From contig NW_024704742.1 in NCBI RefSeq assembly GCF_018977255.1, positions 123,010,001-123,074,000 on the forward strand: a DNA stretch of 64,000 nt, given 5' to 3'. Origin of the DNA: Callorhinchus milii. Taxonomy: Eukaryota. A program made the translations under genes and the position numbers. Positions 13,418 through 28,010 of the stretch are shown here, one piece after another (within the stretch, counting starts at the first letter, position 1; the number at the start of each line of letters is the position of its first letter). The notes below the pieces were generated by a model. That model had not been told where the DNA came from and made no database searches. It saw nothing but the letters and a program-made list of their open reading frames with translations.

Positions 13418-14546
13418 CTGCATGGCAAAAAGTAATAAATTGTTCATCATTAGCACGTTTCAGGTGACTGTGACTAGGCTTTCAAAGAAAAACTGGTTTT
13501 AATCAAGCCTCACAAACATTACTTTTTTTCCACGTGAGTAAGCAAAACCTTCAACTATAAAGGTTCTGTAAAATTAATCTACAACATGTTCCGATCATTC
13601 ATTTCACTCAGAACTTAATGCATGACTGAGGGAGACCAAACCAACACATTCAGACTTGACCTTGTCTGGCATTTTGCATTCCCCACTGTGTGTTACCGTA
13701 AAGGTAATTTGTTTTATTTCCCTGAAGTTTTATTGGAGACCCACCATCAAGGAGAAACAAACAACATAGGTCTCAAGAGATTAATTGAAACATTTGCACA
13801 TTTTCATAAATGAGAACAAACTGCTCCAGTTTTTTCTATTCTGAGACATTTTCTGCACATAAAACATTCAGGTACACATTAAGTATGTTTACATCTTTAA
13901 GCAATAATATTCCATTTTTTTTGACTCACAATATTTGTGGAATGTTTAAACATTTACATTATATAATATTCAGACCAATTCAAACATTAAGAAATTTATA
14001 ACTGCATATTGATAACTCCATGACTTTCAACAATCTTAACATGATGTGACTACATATTTATGATAATCTAGCACTTGTCATTCCTGGCATTTTCTCTGCT
14101 AATGCACTCATTGTTCTTGCTGCACTTTAGTATCATTGTGCAGTAGCCTATGCTACCTGACATAAATGGCCATTCTTCATCTGTGATCGTAGATGGTAAA
14201 GGGGAGTATTGACTGTGTCCACATGCGTGCGTGTATAATCCTAATAATAGGAGTGCTCCAAGGTGTCATTTTGTTTGAACGGCACTATGCAAACGCAAGT
14301 TGTTGCAACTTGCAATAATTCTTGAATTTTTTTATAGCACCTTTCACGTTGGGAGGACATCTCAAAGCGCTTCACACCATTTACTGTAAAGTGTAGTGAT
14401 TGTGTACTTTATAGGCAAATGTTCACAAGTGTATAAATGTAATCCTGACTGTTTCCCCGTTCCCTAGCCCATTGCAGAGAGCCGTTAACTCAGTAAAGAC
14501 TGGAATAGTCATTTGTGCTACATTAGGTAATGCCTTTAACCACATT

Positions 14547-14863
14547 GGAGTCCTGTAGCTCAGTGGTTAGAGCATTCTCCTCGCAAGCGAGAGACCTGGG
14601 TTCGATTCCCGGCAGGGCAAAACCTTGGGGAGGTTTCCTTGCTCCACATGCCTGATAATAATCTTTCAAGAAAAAATAAAATAATAATTTGGTCACTTCA
14701 ATCCACAACTGTTTGTGGGACACTGCTGTGCGCAATTGCTGCCACGCTTCGCCCACAAATATAGTCAATTTACTTCATAGTATATTTTGTGAAGCGCTTT
14801 GAGATGTCTAGAAGACGTGAAAAGTGCTAAATCAAATGCAAGGATTATTATTGTTATTATTAT
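14547..14863 (+). mobile_element. tRNA-derived SINE, short form with older tail
   Basis: Same head and body; tail gagatgtctagaagacgtg. Confidence 0.93.
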
Positions 14864-15585
14864 TGGTAAACAAAGAAGTCCTTGATACGGCTAGACCTTT
14901 CTAAGGGACTCTAGGTAAGCATTAATAAAAGTGCCAAACCAGCACTACTCTGCTCTCAGACACTAATCAATACCAAGCAAAACAGCCAAGTGTTCCAAGA
15001 TCAGGTTCTGTCTGCAAACTGCCTTGATTAGACATTAATTAACAGAGCAGCTACAATGCAACAAAAAACATCTGAATAAACTCAGAAGTAAAAATTCATT
15101 TTCTCTGTCCATTTTTTCCTTGATCCTTTTAAAGTTTCATTGTGCCACATTCTGTTCCCAGTTAAAACACCAGCCAGACAACCAAATAGCAATTCCGCTC
15201 CGGAGCCAGCTGCCAAGAAGTGGAGGAAACTAGTCTGGGTGGAGTGTATTTCCTCTCCTTCTGAGGAAGATATATCATTACACAAAGCACTGAGATGAGG
15301 TACCTATCAGGTACTGAATTCACAGGTAGGAACTGCGTACCATTGTGTGGCATTTGGGTCAAGCGATTGGATCCCCAGTCAAATGAGGAGGGCAGCAAAT
15401 GTTTTATTGAACAAGTATCTCAAGAACATAAGGTGTTCATACACATTATTTGTGTGCCCAGCGATTGTAGCCAGAGAGTAATGTGATGCCAGCTCAATTT
15501 GTGTAACTATCTATTCACGTAAAGAAACAATAAACCATTGTAACAGTTTACAATTCAGGGCCAATCCCTCAGCAAATCAATTCTA

Positions 15586-15774
<189 letters not shown>

Positions 15775-15979
15775 TCAGAGTTAATGAATGTCAGACAAAA
15801 TCCATTTCGTCCATTCAAAAATGTCAAGTGCTCAACTTCAAACAGTTTGGGTTTGGGTTGTAATTCAAAATTAATTTATTATACCAGAATACAACTGCCA
15901 AAGTAATTGCCCAGAGTTTGAGTAGTCTACTAGGTATCTACATTTGAAAAACACAGAGCAAAACAAATTCTAAACCAAA

Positions 15980-16438
15980 CATTAGAACAAGTACAGAGGA
16001 GATTCACGAGAATGATACCAGGAATGGGGAAGCTTAGCTATGAGGACAGGCTGGAAAAGTTAGGACTTTTCCCATTAGATAGAGGTCTTCAAGATCATGA
16101 AAGGCTAGATAAGGAAAAGCTGTTTCCGCTGGTAGGTGTGTCTGTGACCCGTGGTCACAGTCTTAAGATATCTACCAAAAGAAGCAGAGGGGAGGAGGTT
16201 AGAAGAATTTTTTTCACTCAGCGAGTTGTTAGAATTTGGAATGATCTGCCTGAAAGGGCAGTGAAGTCCGATTCGATAACAGCTTTTAAGAGAGAACTGG
16301 ATAGGTATCTGGGGAAGACAGGTTTCAGGGTTCTGAGGAGAAAGCTGGTGAGTTAGGTTAATAAAAGTCAAAGAGCCGGCACAGACTCGATGGGCCGAAT
16401 GGCCTCCTTCTGTGCCGTAACATTCTATGATTCTATGA
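15980..16438 (+). mobile_element. CR1 3' fragment
   Basis: QRRFTRMIPG...SYEDRL...FTQRVVRIWNDLP and (ATTCTATG)2 tail. Confidence 0.93.
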
Positions 16439-18087
16439 AGTGCTAACATGCCATTAAGTCTATCACTAATCTAATGCTGACAACAAACCTCATCAACTTA
16501 AATTTTAAATGTATAACCTAACCATACATATCATATGGTGGGGAGGAAGCAAATGAGAGGGCTACCAAGAACCCAGTTATGAAGAAAAACAGAGAGAAAC
16601 ATATTTATCGAAATAAATTAATTGGATATCACTTCAAGGAACAAAACTTTCACTGCACTGCACATTTATTACCTCTCTGGTGCTTGATATTACTTAATAG
16701 AAAGGGAATGGAGAGAAGAGATATCTATCCATTAGAAAGAAACGTGAAATGGCCCAAGACCAGACCGTGTCACAGTATTTAAGGGCAGACATTTTACAAT
16801 AGATTGTCATGCAGATGACTGATGTGCTAGAAGCGTTTTTTCTGACATTGCAAGTCTTCGATGAACTTGTAGAAAATAGAGCTCTTTCCAGTGGTAGAGG
16901 TGTGTTACTGCAGCATTAATATTTACAATGCAGATTGCACAATACATTGAATAACTCCTCAATATGCTCACAAAACGACACCAATATACATTCAGCTAAC
17001 TTGACAAACAAAACGATAAAGGGAAAAAAAAACTACAGGTGACAAAAGTGAAAGTAACACAAAATAGCTCAGAATTGCTCCAGATTTTAAATGTTGCATT
17101 CCATGCAGCAGACTGATCAGAGCTGAAATACTGACCATTAATATAATAATAATCCTTGCATTTGATAGTGTCTTCGAGACATCTCAAAGTGCTTCACAGA
17201 ATATACTGTAACGTGAATATGGAGGAACAATGCAGATACGATACTTGTGTTATATTGTGCTCACTACTGTACTTTGTTCAAATGTAACTTGTAGTTTGTT
17301 GTATTGTAAGCCCAAAGAGCCACTCTTCTATCAGACCAAAAAAATGAACAAAACAATTGCTACAACCCAATCCTGTAGGAGACACTGTGGAAAACTTGGA
17401 TCCTTTTTACAGTGATTCCTAAAACCACCAAAAATGTTAGTTACTAGGTCATACACAATAAATACAATCTAAACACGCTCAATTCCGCAGCAACCCCTAC
17501 ATTACTGAGACAGCTGCACTTTATCACTTCCACCTACTGCTTAACTGATACTTTCCAAGTTGATCTGCAGACTTTTAGTTAGTTTAAAAGGGGAAAACTT
17601 TCCAACCTCCTTGCATTTCTTTACAAAGAGGCTGATCAGCGTGAGCTGTGAAAAGATACACCATCAATAGCCTAGAAAAACAGTACCATCCCTTTTCTGT
17701 TGAAACATTTATACTGAGTTTTCTTAATAATCCTAATAACAAGGCTTGCATTTGATATAGCGCTTATCATATTATTGAGACTTCTCAAAGCGCTTCACAG
17801 AATATACAGTATAGTGGGTTGACTGTATTTTGCGAAACAATATTCCTTATATTTGATCCAATGCCTTATTGCGTCAAAATGTCTCAAAGCCCTTCAAATG
17901 CGTTCTGTAAAGTGTACTCGCTGTGTAAATAAACTGTTGGGGTAAATTTAAAANTAAACATGCCACCGATTCATAATTGCTCTTTGCATCATACCTCTGG
18001 TGCTGCCGCGGAGTACTAGAATGCATGTGACTATGAAGAATATTACTGCACAATGTCACCATGAATATTGTATGTTTCCTTCCACAT

Positions 18088-18260
18088 ACAATACAATTTA
18101 CACTTATATATAGCTCCTTTCAGGTCAGGAAGAATGTCCCAAAGCGCTTGACTGTTCTGCCTAGGCACTGGAGCTGTGTGTGGGAGCTGAGGAGGGGAAA
18201 GATGACTGAAAGTGCAGTCAAAGAGGGATGTTTTGAGGTGTAGCTTGAAAGAGGGGAGGG
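18088..18260 (-). mobile_element. L2 3' UTR fragment
   Basis: FKLHLKTSLFD and L2 tail; similar short tails at about 6055-6170(-), 32520-32655(+), 55893-56015(+), 63720-63870(-). Confidence 0.75.
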
Positions 18261-18429
18261 TATAAAGTGGCAAATGCCACACAAAATGTCAGCATCCCTT
18301 TCATTTTCCTTGCTCTTCCTACTTTCATCAAGCATGGCATTAAGTGGTCCTTTGCATGTTAAGAGTATGTCGAACGTCTGGTATGCTCTCAGTTCACAAT
18401 TAACCAAATAATACATTGAGGAGCTCAAT

Positions 18430-18630
18430 CTACTAGATCTGGATATAGGAGAGAGAAGGGAACAGAAGGCATACAGGGGGATTAAAATCAGTGGAGGCTC
18501 ATGTGGCATATTAACACTGGCACAGGTTAGCTAGGACGCGTGGAGACTCATGTGGAGTGCAAACTAGTGAACACGAACTAGTTAGGATGAACTGCCTGTT
18601 TCAGTACTTGTAGATTCTATCTAATTTTAT
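18430..18630 (+). mobile_element. Old CR1-type 3' UTR fragment
   Basis: ggaggctcatgtgg...cctgtttcagtacttgtagattctat resembles a CR1 tail; diverged. Confidence 0.55.
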
Positions 18631-18704
18631 GGTAATGTGCATGCGGAGTGCACGAAAAAACTGTAAATTAACAGGATACAACTGCACCTGGTCCCAGTAC
18701 AAAT

Positions 18705-19033
18705 TAATAATAATAATAATAATAATAATAATCCTTGCATTTGATATACCGCTTTTCACGTCGGGAGGACGTCCCAAAGCGCTTCACAGAACACACTGTA
18801 AAGTGAATTGACTGTATATTTGTGGGCAAACGCGGCAGCCAATTGCGCACAGCAATGTCCCACAAACAGTCGTAGATTGAAAATGACCAATTTATTATTG
18901 TTTTTTTTTTTGGAGGGATTATTATTAGGTGTGTGGAGTAAGGAAACTTGCCCAAGGTTTCGCCCTGCCTGGAATTGAATTCAGGTCTCTCGCTTGCAAA
19001 GCGAGTGCTCTAACCACTGAGCTACAGGACTCC
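18705..19033 (-). mobile_element. tRNA-derived SINE, young short subfamily, full length
   Basis: Nearly identical to the 10443-10758 copy. Confidence 0.95.
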
Positions 19034-20344
19034 AGTAGTCCACAAATTGGACACAACATCATCACAAATCACTGTGCATTACTGATATTAAAGGGTATGA
19101 GAACAAAGAGTGGGATTAGAATGTAGCTCATGTGAATATTATCTCAATTAATCAATTTTGATTCCTTGTGATAATATTCTAAAGATAAATAATCAGTTAA
19201 ATAAGCTGTTTAAGTACAAAATGGTTAAAAATACAAATCTTTGCCAGTCAAGGAAATAATCTGTTTAACTATCCCATATTGCAAATATTGGCACACAACC
19301 AATTAGATGCAATTAGAGATGTAAACCGCTTTGAATGTTCATTAATTTCCAAGGAACTTCAAAGCACAAATCCAGTTTTAAAGAGTTATCCTCATTTAGT
19401 TGCACTTTTCCCAGCCTGATTTGCTTCCCATCAACATCTCCGTTGCCCGACTTTCCTTCCAAGTTCTGATTTTACACCAAGTCTGCTGTTTTCCAAACAA
19501 GATTGCCCCCACCCCCACCACACACACAAACTCTGACACACACACACATGCACGCTTGGCCTGCCTCCTGATTGACATCAATGACAATTAGAAGACTTTA
19601 AATCAATTTTAAGAGACAATGCCCTATAAATATCTAGTCAACACTCGTAGAATTCAACAATAAACCTTAGTATATACAGACTTTTGAAAAATACAGTACA
19701 TGACCAGCTGGGATCACCTTATCCATAACAATGCTTGGCTTGCAGGGTTACTGAGCTTGCATGCTATTCTTTTTCTTTATATCAGTGGTGGCCAACCCTT
19801 TTGGTCAGCAAACCAAATATTTTTTTCTTGTGGTCAGACAACAAAATTTAAAAAAAGTGACAGAACTGAATGCCAACTTTGAAAGCTCCATTCTGTAAGT
19901 ATACTTTTGGATTTCTCGAGAAGTGGACTCAATTTTTATTTTTGAATAACTTTTTGAAATACATAAATTTGGGCAAATAGCTAAGCTGCTAGGAGTCTCA
20001 ACTCCAAAGCTGGTCCTGGCACTTGCGAGTGCATGTGTCTGGGTCAATAACATTGTTTTAAAAATTAACCATATAAAAAATAAAGTTAACAGACCCTTCA
20101 GATGTAGTCTAGACACCAAATCACTTAGTAGCTTTAATTACAGCACAGAATGGAAGTTCCCACCTATATGCATTCCTAACCCAGAATCCACATCTCCAGA
20201 CTAAATACCTAACTACCTTTCAGTACAAAGGGCAGTTACAAAATTGAAATGGAAGTCAAAATAAAAGTTTCCTCCTGGAATTTTCAAAGAAAAAGCTCAT
20301 AAATGCCAATCGTGTTTTGAAGTAACTAGTGTATTCACAATCAG

Positions 20345-20826
20345 TGAAACAATTAGCCAAAATCCTCGTGCATATGTTTGTCATCTTCCGCCTCGATTAC
20401 TCAAATCACTCCTTGACCGTCTCCCCAGCTCTCCACTATTCAAACGATCCAGCTCATTCAGAAGTCCTCCGCCCGCGAAATTACCTGGACCAAACTCCAT
20501 TCCCATACCTCACCAGTTCTAGTCAGGTTCCACTGGCTCCCCATCACCGAATGGATCGACTTCAAGATCCTCACACTTATGTTGAAATCTCTTCACTCTC
20601 TAGCACCTCCCTACCTCTCCAACCTCCTCACTCGCCAATCCACCACTGAGTACCTCCGCTCAACTGGCGCCCTCTCTAAATCCCGCCAGAAAACCTTCCT
20701 CTTCGACCATGCTTACAGCCATACCCCGCCCCCCACTGGCTCGGAGTCAAGCTCCGCCACTGTTAAACGCTCTGAGACGCTACCCTCTGTGGAGGGCGCT
20801 GTATAAGTGCAAGTTGTTGTTGTTGT
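20345..20826 (+). mobile_element. L2 3' fragment, second family (tail gagacgctaccct)
   Basis: LVHMFVIFRLDYSN, HWLP-type segment, (TTG)n tail. Confidence 0.85.
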
Positions 20827-21799
20827 GTAGTGCACGCAAACAGAATTTGCTCAAATATACACCAAGTCCACAAATAATACGTGCAAAAGACAACTTGATT
20901 TTTTGTGCCATTTTCTTTTAAACCTTTTAAGATGTTTATCACATTGTACTGCTTAAAAAGAGCACACATTTCCTACAATGTTATAATATGTAAGTCCCTA
21001 AGTAATCAAGTTATTCCATTTGAAAGAAAACTAAAATCCGTGTTTAGCAACATTCCTTTCTGTAAAATATATATAAAAAAACACTAGGCCCATTCCATCT
21101 AAATTCCAAGGGAAAATTGAACTGAAAAACTTGAACCACAAAAGGAAAAAGAACGAGAATACTCTAGTTTAATGAGTCAACATGTTAATCTGAAAACACC
21201 TGCATCATTCAAAACAAAGTTCCACTGGAGAGAAGTCCCACATCAGTTTCCTGTTGTATCTTAAAAGTTACATCTATTTCAAACAAATAATTGTACAGAT
21301 CAATAATTTAGATGCTGTAAAGCTTAACCTCGATTCAAGTGGATTCTTATGCTCCTATGTTTCCATTAAAGGATATTCTGCGCTTATTGTGGTTGAAAGC
21401 ACAAGTGCTACTAGCTATATGACATATAAAGGCAGAAAATATATGCAGGGACTCGGATAGATTTAGGAGCCGCCAATGTCAATCCAGCGAACTTGATGAT
21501 TTTCACATTCATGCTTAAAATGGCCATACGTTCACTACAATGCTGTAAGAAACAAGCGCTTACAATCTTGCTCACTTCAAACAAATGCTGATTCCTGTGT
21601 GAGTGCACTCACCATATCCGGTTGAGTCATAAGTGAAGCAAGATCTTTACTTTCAGATGTAATTGTCATGGGACATTGGGACTAAAAGATCTGCCAAGAT
21701 CTAATAAACTGGTAGAACAGACTTGATGGGTTGAATGGCTTTTTCCTGTTGTCTTATGTTCCTCCTAATAAATCTCTTTCCATATCAAAAGATGTTTTC

Positions 21800-22160
21800 A
21801 CAGAATCATACAGCACAGAAGGAGGCCATTCGGCCCATCGTGTCTGTGCCGACTTTGAAAAAAGCTGTCCAAATCAATCCCACTCCCCCGTTGTCTCCCC
21901 ATAGCCCTGCAAACTTGTCCTCCCCAAATAATTACCTACTTCTCGCTTAAAAGTTATTGTTAAATTGGCTTCCACCACTCTTTCAGGCAATGCATTCCAG
22001 AAACAAACAACTCGCTGTGTGAAAAAAATTCTCCTCACCTCCCCTCTATTTCTTTTAACAACTATTTTAAATCGATGCCCTCAGGTTAACCGACCCACCC
22101 ACCAGTGGAAATAATTTCTCCTTCTTCACCCTATTGAATCCCCTCATAATTTTGAAAACG
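21800..22160 (-). mobile_element. CR1 3' fragment
   Basis: Reverse complement of the CR1 3' UTR and ORF2 end (ggaggccattcggcccatc). Confidence 0.88.
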
Positions 22161-23099
22161 TCCTGTACCTAGCATTTTGAAAGTTTATAGATTGGTAATT
22201 GCAAATCTAATCAATCTTGCTAAAAATAGCCTCTTTTTAGATAAAGGAACAGGTTTTGTAAATGCCAACGGTTTACATTTGTGCTTCCTTTGAGCCATCA
22301 TTAGAATACCATTTCTGTACCTCCATGCCAAGAAACATTTTTTTAATTAAAAACATAATCTTTTGGTGTTGTGAGTAAATTCATTCAAGACTCCTCACAA
22401 TATCTGTAATGTTAATAGCCAGACAAATTCAGCAAACCTTTTTGTTTTTAAAAGGATTATTCACACCATTTACAAAAAGAAAACATACACATGGACCATT
22501 GGTTTATGCAAAAGAAAACCTCAGTCAAAACTGTAAAACTCCTCTCGCCCCTGTGGTCCTCACATGTTGTGCTCAAGACAAAACTGGAAAAATACTGCTA
22601 CTTGATGAGTATTCTGCATGCAATTGTTACATCTTTAAATTACATATTTGAATACCAGCTCATGCCTACAATGAATTGCTGTTCCATCAATACACCAAGG
22701 TAAAGTGTAGCTTCAGTTTGAAGTTTTGCAGACCTGAGCTGATAATTCATAAGGACACTGCAGGCTTACACGACCAATTCAGGAAAAACAGCTGAGCCAG
22801 CCTATCTGCTATGTTCAAATATCAAAAACGCAGGTCTGCTGAGCAAGAAAGCTCTTTTTGTTCTGCAAATGCAGGTGGGAGAGGGAAATGATGACCAGTT
22901 AAAACCACATTATAATCATCCACATAAATGAGTTATGTTCTACTACAAGAAGCGACAGTTCTAAAACCACCTACTTCCCACTCCCCCCATTGGAATGTGC
23001 TTTCCCATGGCAATGGCTTGCTGCTCCTGAATAAACAAAACACACACAAAACAGACATTCAGGACTTGTGATGGATAGCTTATCCATCACAAACAAGTA

Positions 23100-23174
23100 C
23101 AGGGTGACCAAAAATAAATGATTTGTTTTTAGATAATGGGACAGCTGAAAAATAAAGACTTTTTGGTCATCCTG
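23100..23174. mobile_element. Second short MITE with related termini
   Basis: TA-cagggtgaccaaaaa ... tttttggtcatcctg; right TA not preserved. Confidence 0.65.
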
Positions 23175-25204
23175 ATGAATTAAACAGTCAAGCATCCTGA
23201 AATGTTAAACTGTTTAAAAACGGAAAGATATTCTAATCTAGATTTCCCCCACCCCACTGTAATCTAAAACCTGCTGACGTGTGTACAGGTTTGCAGATCC
23301 TCTTCCCACTCTGAATGAAAAATACTTTGGATAGAAAAAGTCAGAGAGGATTGTGAGAGCACGAAGAAAGGGAGCTTTCATAGGTGGTAATAGATTTTCA
23401 ATAAAAGATTAAAACAGTTAGAAAGGCCAGAATATTAAAAAAAGTAAAATGGAACAGAGAACAGAAGGAAAATTATAATGGCAGGGCAAGCACGATTCTT
23501 TCAAACATTAGTTATTTAAACATTGCTTTATTCATTTTAGTGGTTTAGGATCAGTATTACAATACCTGATGGTTCGGCCGCTTTATTAATACATTCCTCT
23601 CCCAAATTAAAGGTGTGAACTGAGGGTTAAGATCAGTTAGCTGACAGAGACAGGAAATGGCATAGACTTGGCTAACACATTCCAGTGAATTAAATACAAA
23701 TCACTGTCAAAAACACCTATGTAGCTAAAATGTTTCAAAATTCAAAAACATAGGTATTATACCGAGAATAAAAAGATTGCTTTATAAAGCTGCTGCACTT
23801 TACAGTAAAATGTGCATTTTTTTGCGTGAATCATGAAAGTTAATCTGAAATACCAAGTCCCATGACTAATAAACACAACATACTTACTGAAGCAACTGAA
23901 ATGGGAAGTCCTGAGGACAATTAGCGAGACAGAAAACATTTGTAAATATATTTCTCTCCCATTGCTGGGGGGGGAGATTTGAACAGAGAGCACAACTTCT
24001 GATTCATGTACCCCTTTAACTGCGATTATGGCTGCGCTCGCTTTTTATTTGGCTCAACTTGTCCATGCTGGCATTTATACTCAACGTGAAATCAAAGTAG
24101 CCAACAGCAATCCAATACTGCCAGTATTTTGCCGTTGCTTTTTATTTTCTAAGATCGAACCAGAAGCAAAGCTCTAAAGAGCAAAGACAAATCAAAACGC
24201 ATCACTTGTTCTCAGCACCATCAACTCTTTTCAAATGTTCTCAGAGGATAGATCATGTAATGTCATTACTGTTCCATTCTATATGACTGCAGAACAGTCA
24301 AGAGCACTTGCCAATTCAGCCTGAAGGCAATAGCTGTATTTGGAAATTCAGTTCTCGCTGGTGGGATCTATCGACTTCTAACATTGTGAAAAACCACAAT
24401 GACCATGTCATATAATCTGTGTGTTGGAGGATAACATTTTGATTGTAATTCAATCATGTACACACAATATATCACATCAAAATGTTTGTGCATTTCAATT
24501 TTAGCAAGATGATACTGGGCAGAAAAGCTATCCATCACTTTATACCTGTTAAGATTCTACGTTCATCTGAATAGGCATTTGATCTAGGTACCTAATCGTA
24601 TCCAGTGCATTTGAGCTGTTCACAGTAATAAAATGAGATACAACTAAACTACCAGCTTGTTACAACAAATCACATTTGTGCAGCACCTTTCAAGTCGGGA
24701 GGTCGCCGCAAAGCGTTACTTTCAGCATTAACTTCCCAAGTCCAGAAATTTTTTCGCAGTCCTTTTGCAACCATATTCCACTAACACTGCATTTCAGGAG
24801 CCAGAACAGCTCTGAAATCTCCTACATAACGTGGCAATGTTATCTTAAACTGGGCAAGAACACAACAGAAACTCGAACAAAAATTGGCTTCTGTTCAGTT
24901 TTCCCGGCATCCAAAGCCACTGTAGTCGCAAGCTAGTTTCAGTGGCGGATTGCATGCTCCAGAAATTATTTAATACAACACCGTCATTATTTTGTAGCAG
25001 AAAGCACTTGGGCACAATCATCCACTCAGTAAAAATATTAAGCGATTAACCTTGCTCTAAATCAGGTTAGCTATGGATTGATAACCTTTACTTTCTTTTC
25101 AACCAAGAAAGGGATCTAAAGAGTGAAAACAAGGGGCACACACAAATCAACAGGAGAACCTAATCCTCATTTTAGGTCCTTGACAAGACCTTGTCTTTTC
25201 TTCA

Positions 25205-25395
25205 CCTTCACCACCATGTTTGCCTCTGTCCTCCTAACACAAAACTGCTGAAACTCTCATTCATGCCTTTTGTTATCACTTTACTTGACTTCACTGCACA
25301 CACTCCTTGCTGGTTTCTCCGAGTGCCACCGTCTACAAGTTCTATCTAGTTCATTCAAATCTCTCTGACTTGCATCCTCACCTGCACCAAACTCC
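25205..25395 (+). mobile_element. Old L2 ORF2 fragment
   Basis: gctgaaactctcattcatgcctttt (AETLIHAF) and downstream similarity to 2610-2750. Confidence 0.7.
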
Positions 25396-25889
25396 GACAT
25401 GACCATGGTGAGACACATCCACAAACAGGAGTCACTGGATTAGGAATCTAACAAGAATCTGAAGGTCACTTTTGCTTAGATAGGCAGAGATTTACCCGAT
25501 TCCTAGGAAGTCTTGTTCCACAGAAGTTCAGCACTTAGACATGTCAGATTTTCTTGCATGTGCCTAGGGGTCTACAGCAATATTCTGCATTCATTATAAA
25601 ACAGTTATCGTTGACCTAATTCAGTGTGACACACAACCAAGCAAAGCATTCAAGCTAGGAGTTGAATTTTCCAACCTTAAATTCATAACTTAGGAAGCTT
25701 GAAGTTAAGTAGAAGGAAAAATGAACTTGTTAAAAAAATAAAACAATTGCTCATTCACGTCATGGCTGTTTGTGAGACATTGCAGTGTGCAAATTGGCTG
25801 TTGCAATTGCCTACAAATACAGAGTTTCCATACATCACAGTAAAATTCTGTTAAGCACTTTGAGACGTCTCAATGTAGTTAGAAGGCAC

Positions 25890-26001
25890 TATCTATAAAT
25901 ATATATAAATAAAATTTATATTTATTATATATAAATTTATTATATACAAATGTATATATAAATAAAAAATAAAATAAATATAAATAAAAATATGTAAATA
26001 T
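25890..26001. repeat. AT-rich low-complexity tract after a SINE tail
   Basis: About 110 bp of almost only A/T. Confidence 0.9.
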
Positions 26002-27889
26002 AGCTGCAAGAATTATTATTATTGTACAAAATTGGTAAATAGAATTCTTATGTCTATTTCTCTTAAACACTGTATAAGTTTTAAAAAAGTAGAATGATTA
26101 ATTCAGTGACGCTGAATACTGGGCAATTTGATTACTTCAACGAATACATTTATTTTGTTTTTCTTCCTGCAGCCACTTAGCTCGATTAGTGAAGCTATTG
26201 ACAGAAGGTTGGCTGAGTGCTTACTGGTCATTGATGTTAATTCAGATAACTATGGATAAAGTAAAGCACTTACTTACCCCTACCATTTGGTACTGCATTC
26301 ATCAGCAAGCAATTGTGTTCCAATAGGTCTATTAGTGTAAAAATAAATTGCTTCACTGATAAACAGGAAATGTTTTAGGCTGATGAAACAGATTAGGTTC
26401 CTGCTTCGCTATTGCTAAAAGTGCAAGTTATTTTAGATTGTTTTTCCAATGTTTCATTTCCCCCACATTTACTTATGAGATTCTTTGCATCCATACAACC
26501 ATGGACACTGAAGAATCATCTTAAACATTACTTCTCCTTCCTTGCTGTAGAAACAATTGGAAAACATGCTAACTTTTGTACTATCTAGGTCACAAACCAA
26601 GAGCCTAGAGCGAACAGCTATCCAAGAAGAGCACTGGGTAAGCCCAGTTAACAAGTTGTTTCAATTTGGCCCAACATCCAGAATATAGATCAAGCAGTCT
26701 AAAACTGGTAACAATCAATTTGCAACTGTATTAGTTCTGCTTCACATGGCACTTGCTGGAAGCCTCATTTAATGCACAATGCTCAGCACCACAGGAGCAG
26801 GAAGAGTCAGATTTCCTGTTCATGTCGCTGGATTGTTCACAAATGGTTCAGATAATAACTGCAGACCATCCTGCGCTGTAAAAATTGCATTGTGGCTTAA
26901 TTTGATATCCAGGTCGTCTGGGCCCTACAGGTAGAATGAAGAACCAATTTAAGAAGTAGACCTAATGCCAGTTGCGTCTGGAGACAACAGTGCCACTTCA
27001 TCTGTATGGCGACATTGCAATTCGTGGCATTTGGGAATATAAATGGGTTAATCATGTGAGAGCTCTGCAGTGACTCATGAGTGGGTGCACTACCCAGTGT
27101 TGTATCAAATTATACATATGAGGAATAAGCTTGCTTCAGTCTGTTGAGTTGGCAGTGGGAAGTACAATTGCCCTCCCTGTCCCTGGGCTTCACGTTGGGG
27201 TCGAGGAGAGGAAAGAAAATTAGCTAGCATTCATTTCTGATATAATTATTTGCATTTATAGTGTGCCTTTCAGTTAAAGTAACCATCTCAAAGCACTTCA
27301 CAACAGAATATTAATTGGAAATGATGGGAATGTTGTGTAGATAAACATGCCAGCTAATCTGTGTTCATGAGATGAGAAGGAAATGATGTTGAATTTGACG
27401 TGAATCTGGATAAGGAGGGGAATATAAATCATCACAACTGGAGGGTGAAGAGGTGAATATAAACCAGCAATTCTACTGAATAACTCATACTAAAAGTGTT
27501 TTGTGTTAGGCTCTGCTTCTTTGATCAAACAAACTGTCTAAGTTCACACAAAGAATAGATATTTGAGTACTTACTGGAGGGCTCTCCCCTCCCCCCCCAC
27601 CACCAAAAAAAGCTCAGGCTTCCACTCAGCTATGTGAAGCACTTTGCGTCACCTTCCCAACATGAAAGGCACTATATAAAAGTAAATTGTCGTGGTGTGA
27701 ACAGCCCCAGCGTAATGTTTCCACCATCTGATGGAAAGTTAGGGAGCGGCACACAACATACTGAAAATGATTTTATGTTGGATTTATATTAAAAGCTATT
27801 TATGTGTGGAGAAAATGGCAGAAAAATACTATGCTTGATATGTACTATAAGTGAGAAGATATATTCAGTAGTTTTTTAGCACAGTCTTT

Positions 27890-28010
27890 CGCGATATAAG
27901 AGCAGGAAAAGGCCATTCAACTCATCAATCTTGTTTTGCCATTTATTGGAATATGACAACAATAATGTTATAATCCCATTTCCCCGTCTTTTCTCCATAT
28001 CCCTCAGTAC
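27890..28010 (-). mobile_element. Old CR1 3' UTR fragment
   Basis: agcaggaaaaggccattcaactcatc resembles the reversed CR1 tail. Confidence 0.5.

Noticed and set aside
14547..14620. tRNA-like sequences with A and B boxes
   Set aside because: All continue into SINE bodies; they are SINE heads, not tRNA genes.
15082..15398. Overlapping minus-strand ORFs in intron 2 as a hidden exon
   Set aside because: No MEKK1 similarity; exons 2 and 3 already join in frame; no convincing splice pair found.
17954..17954. Ambiguous base n (also at 60288)
   Set aside because: Assembly ambiguity, not biology.
19782..19815. CAGTGGTGGCCAACC, resembling a hAT terminal repeat
   Set aside because: Could not find the matching opposite terminus or an 8-bp duplication.
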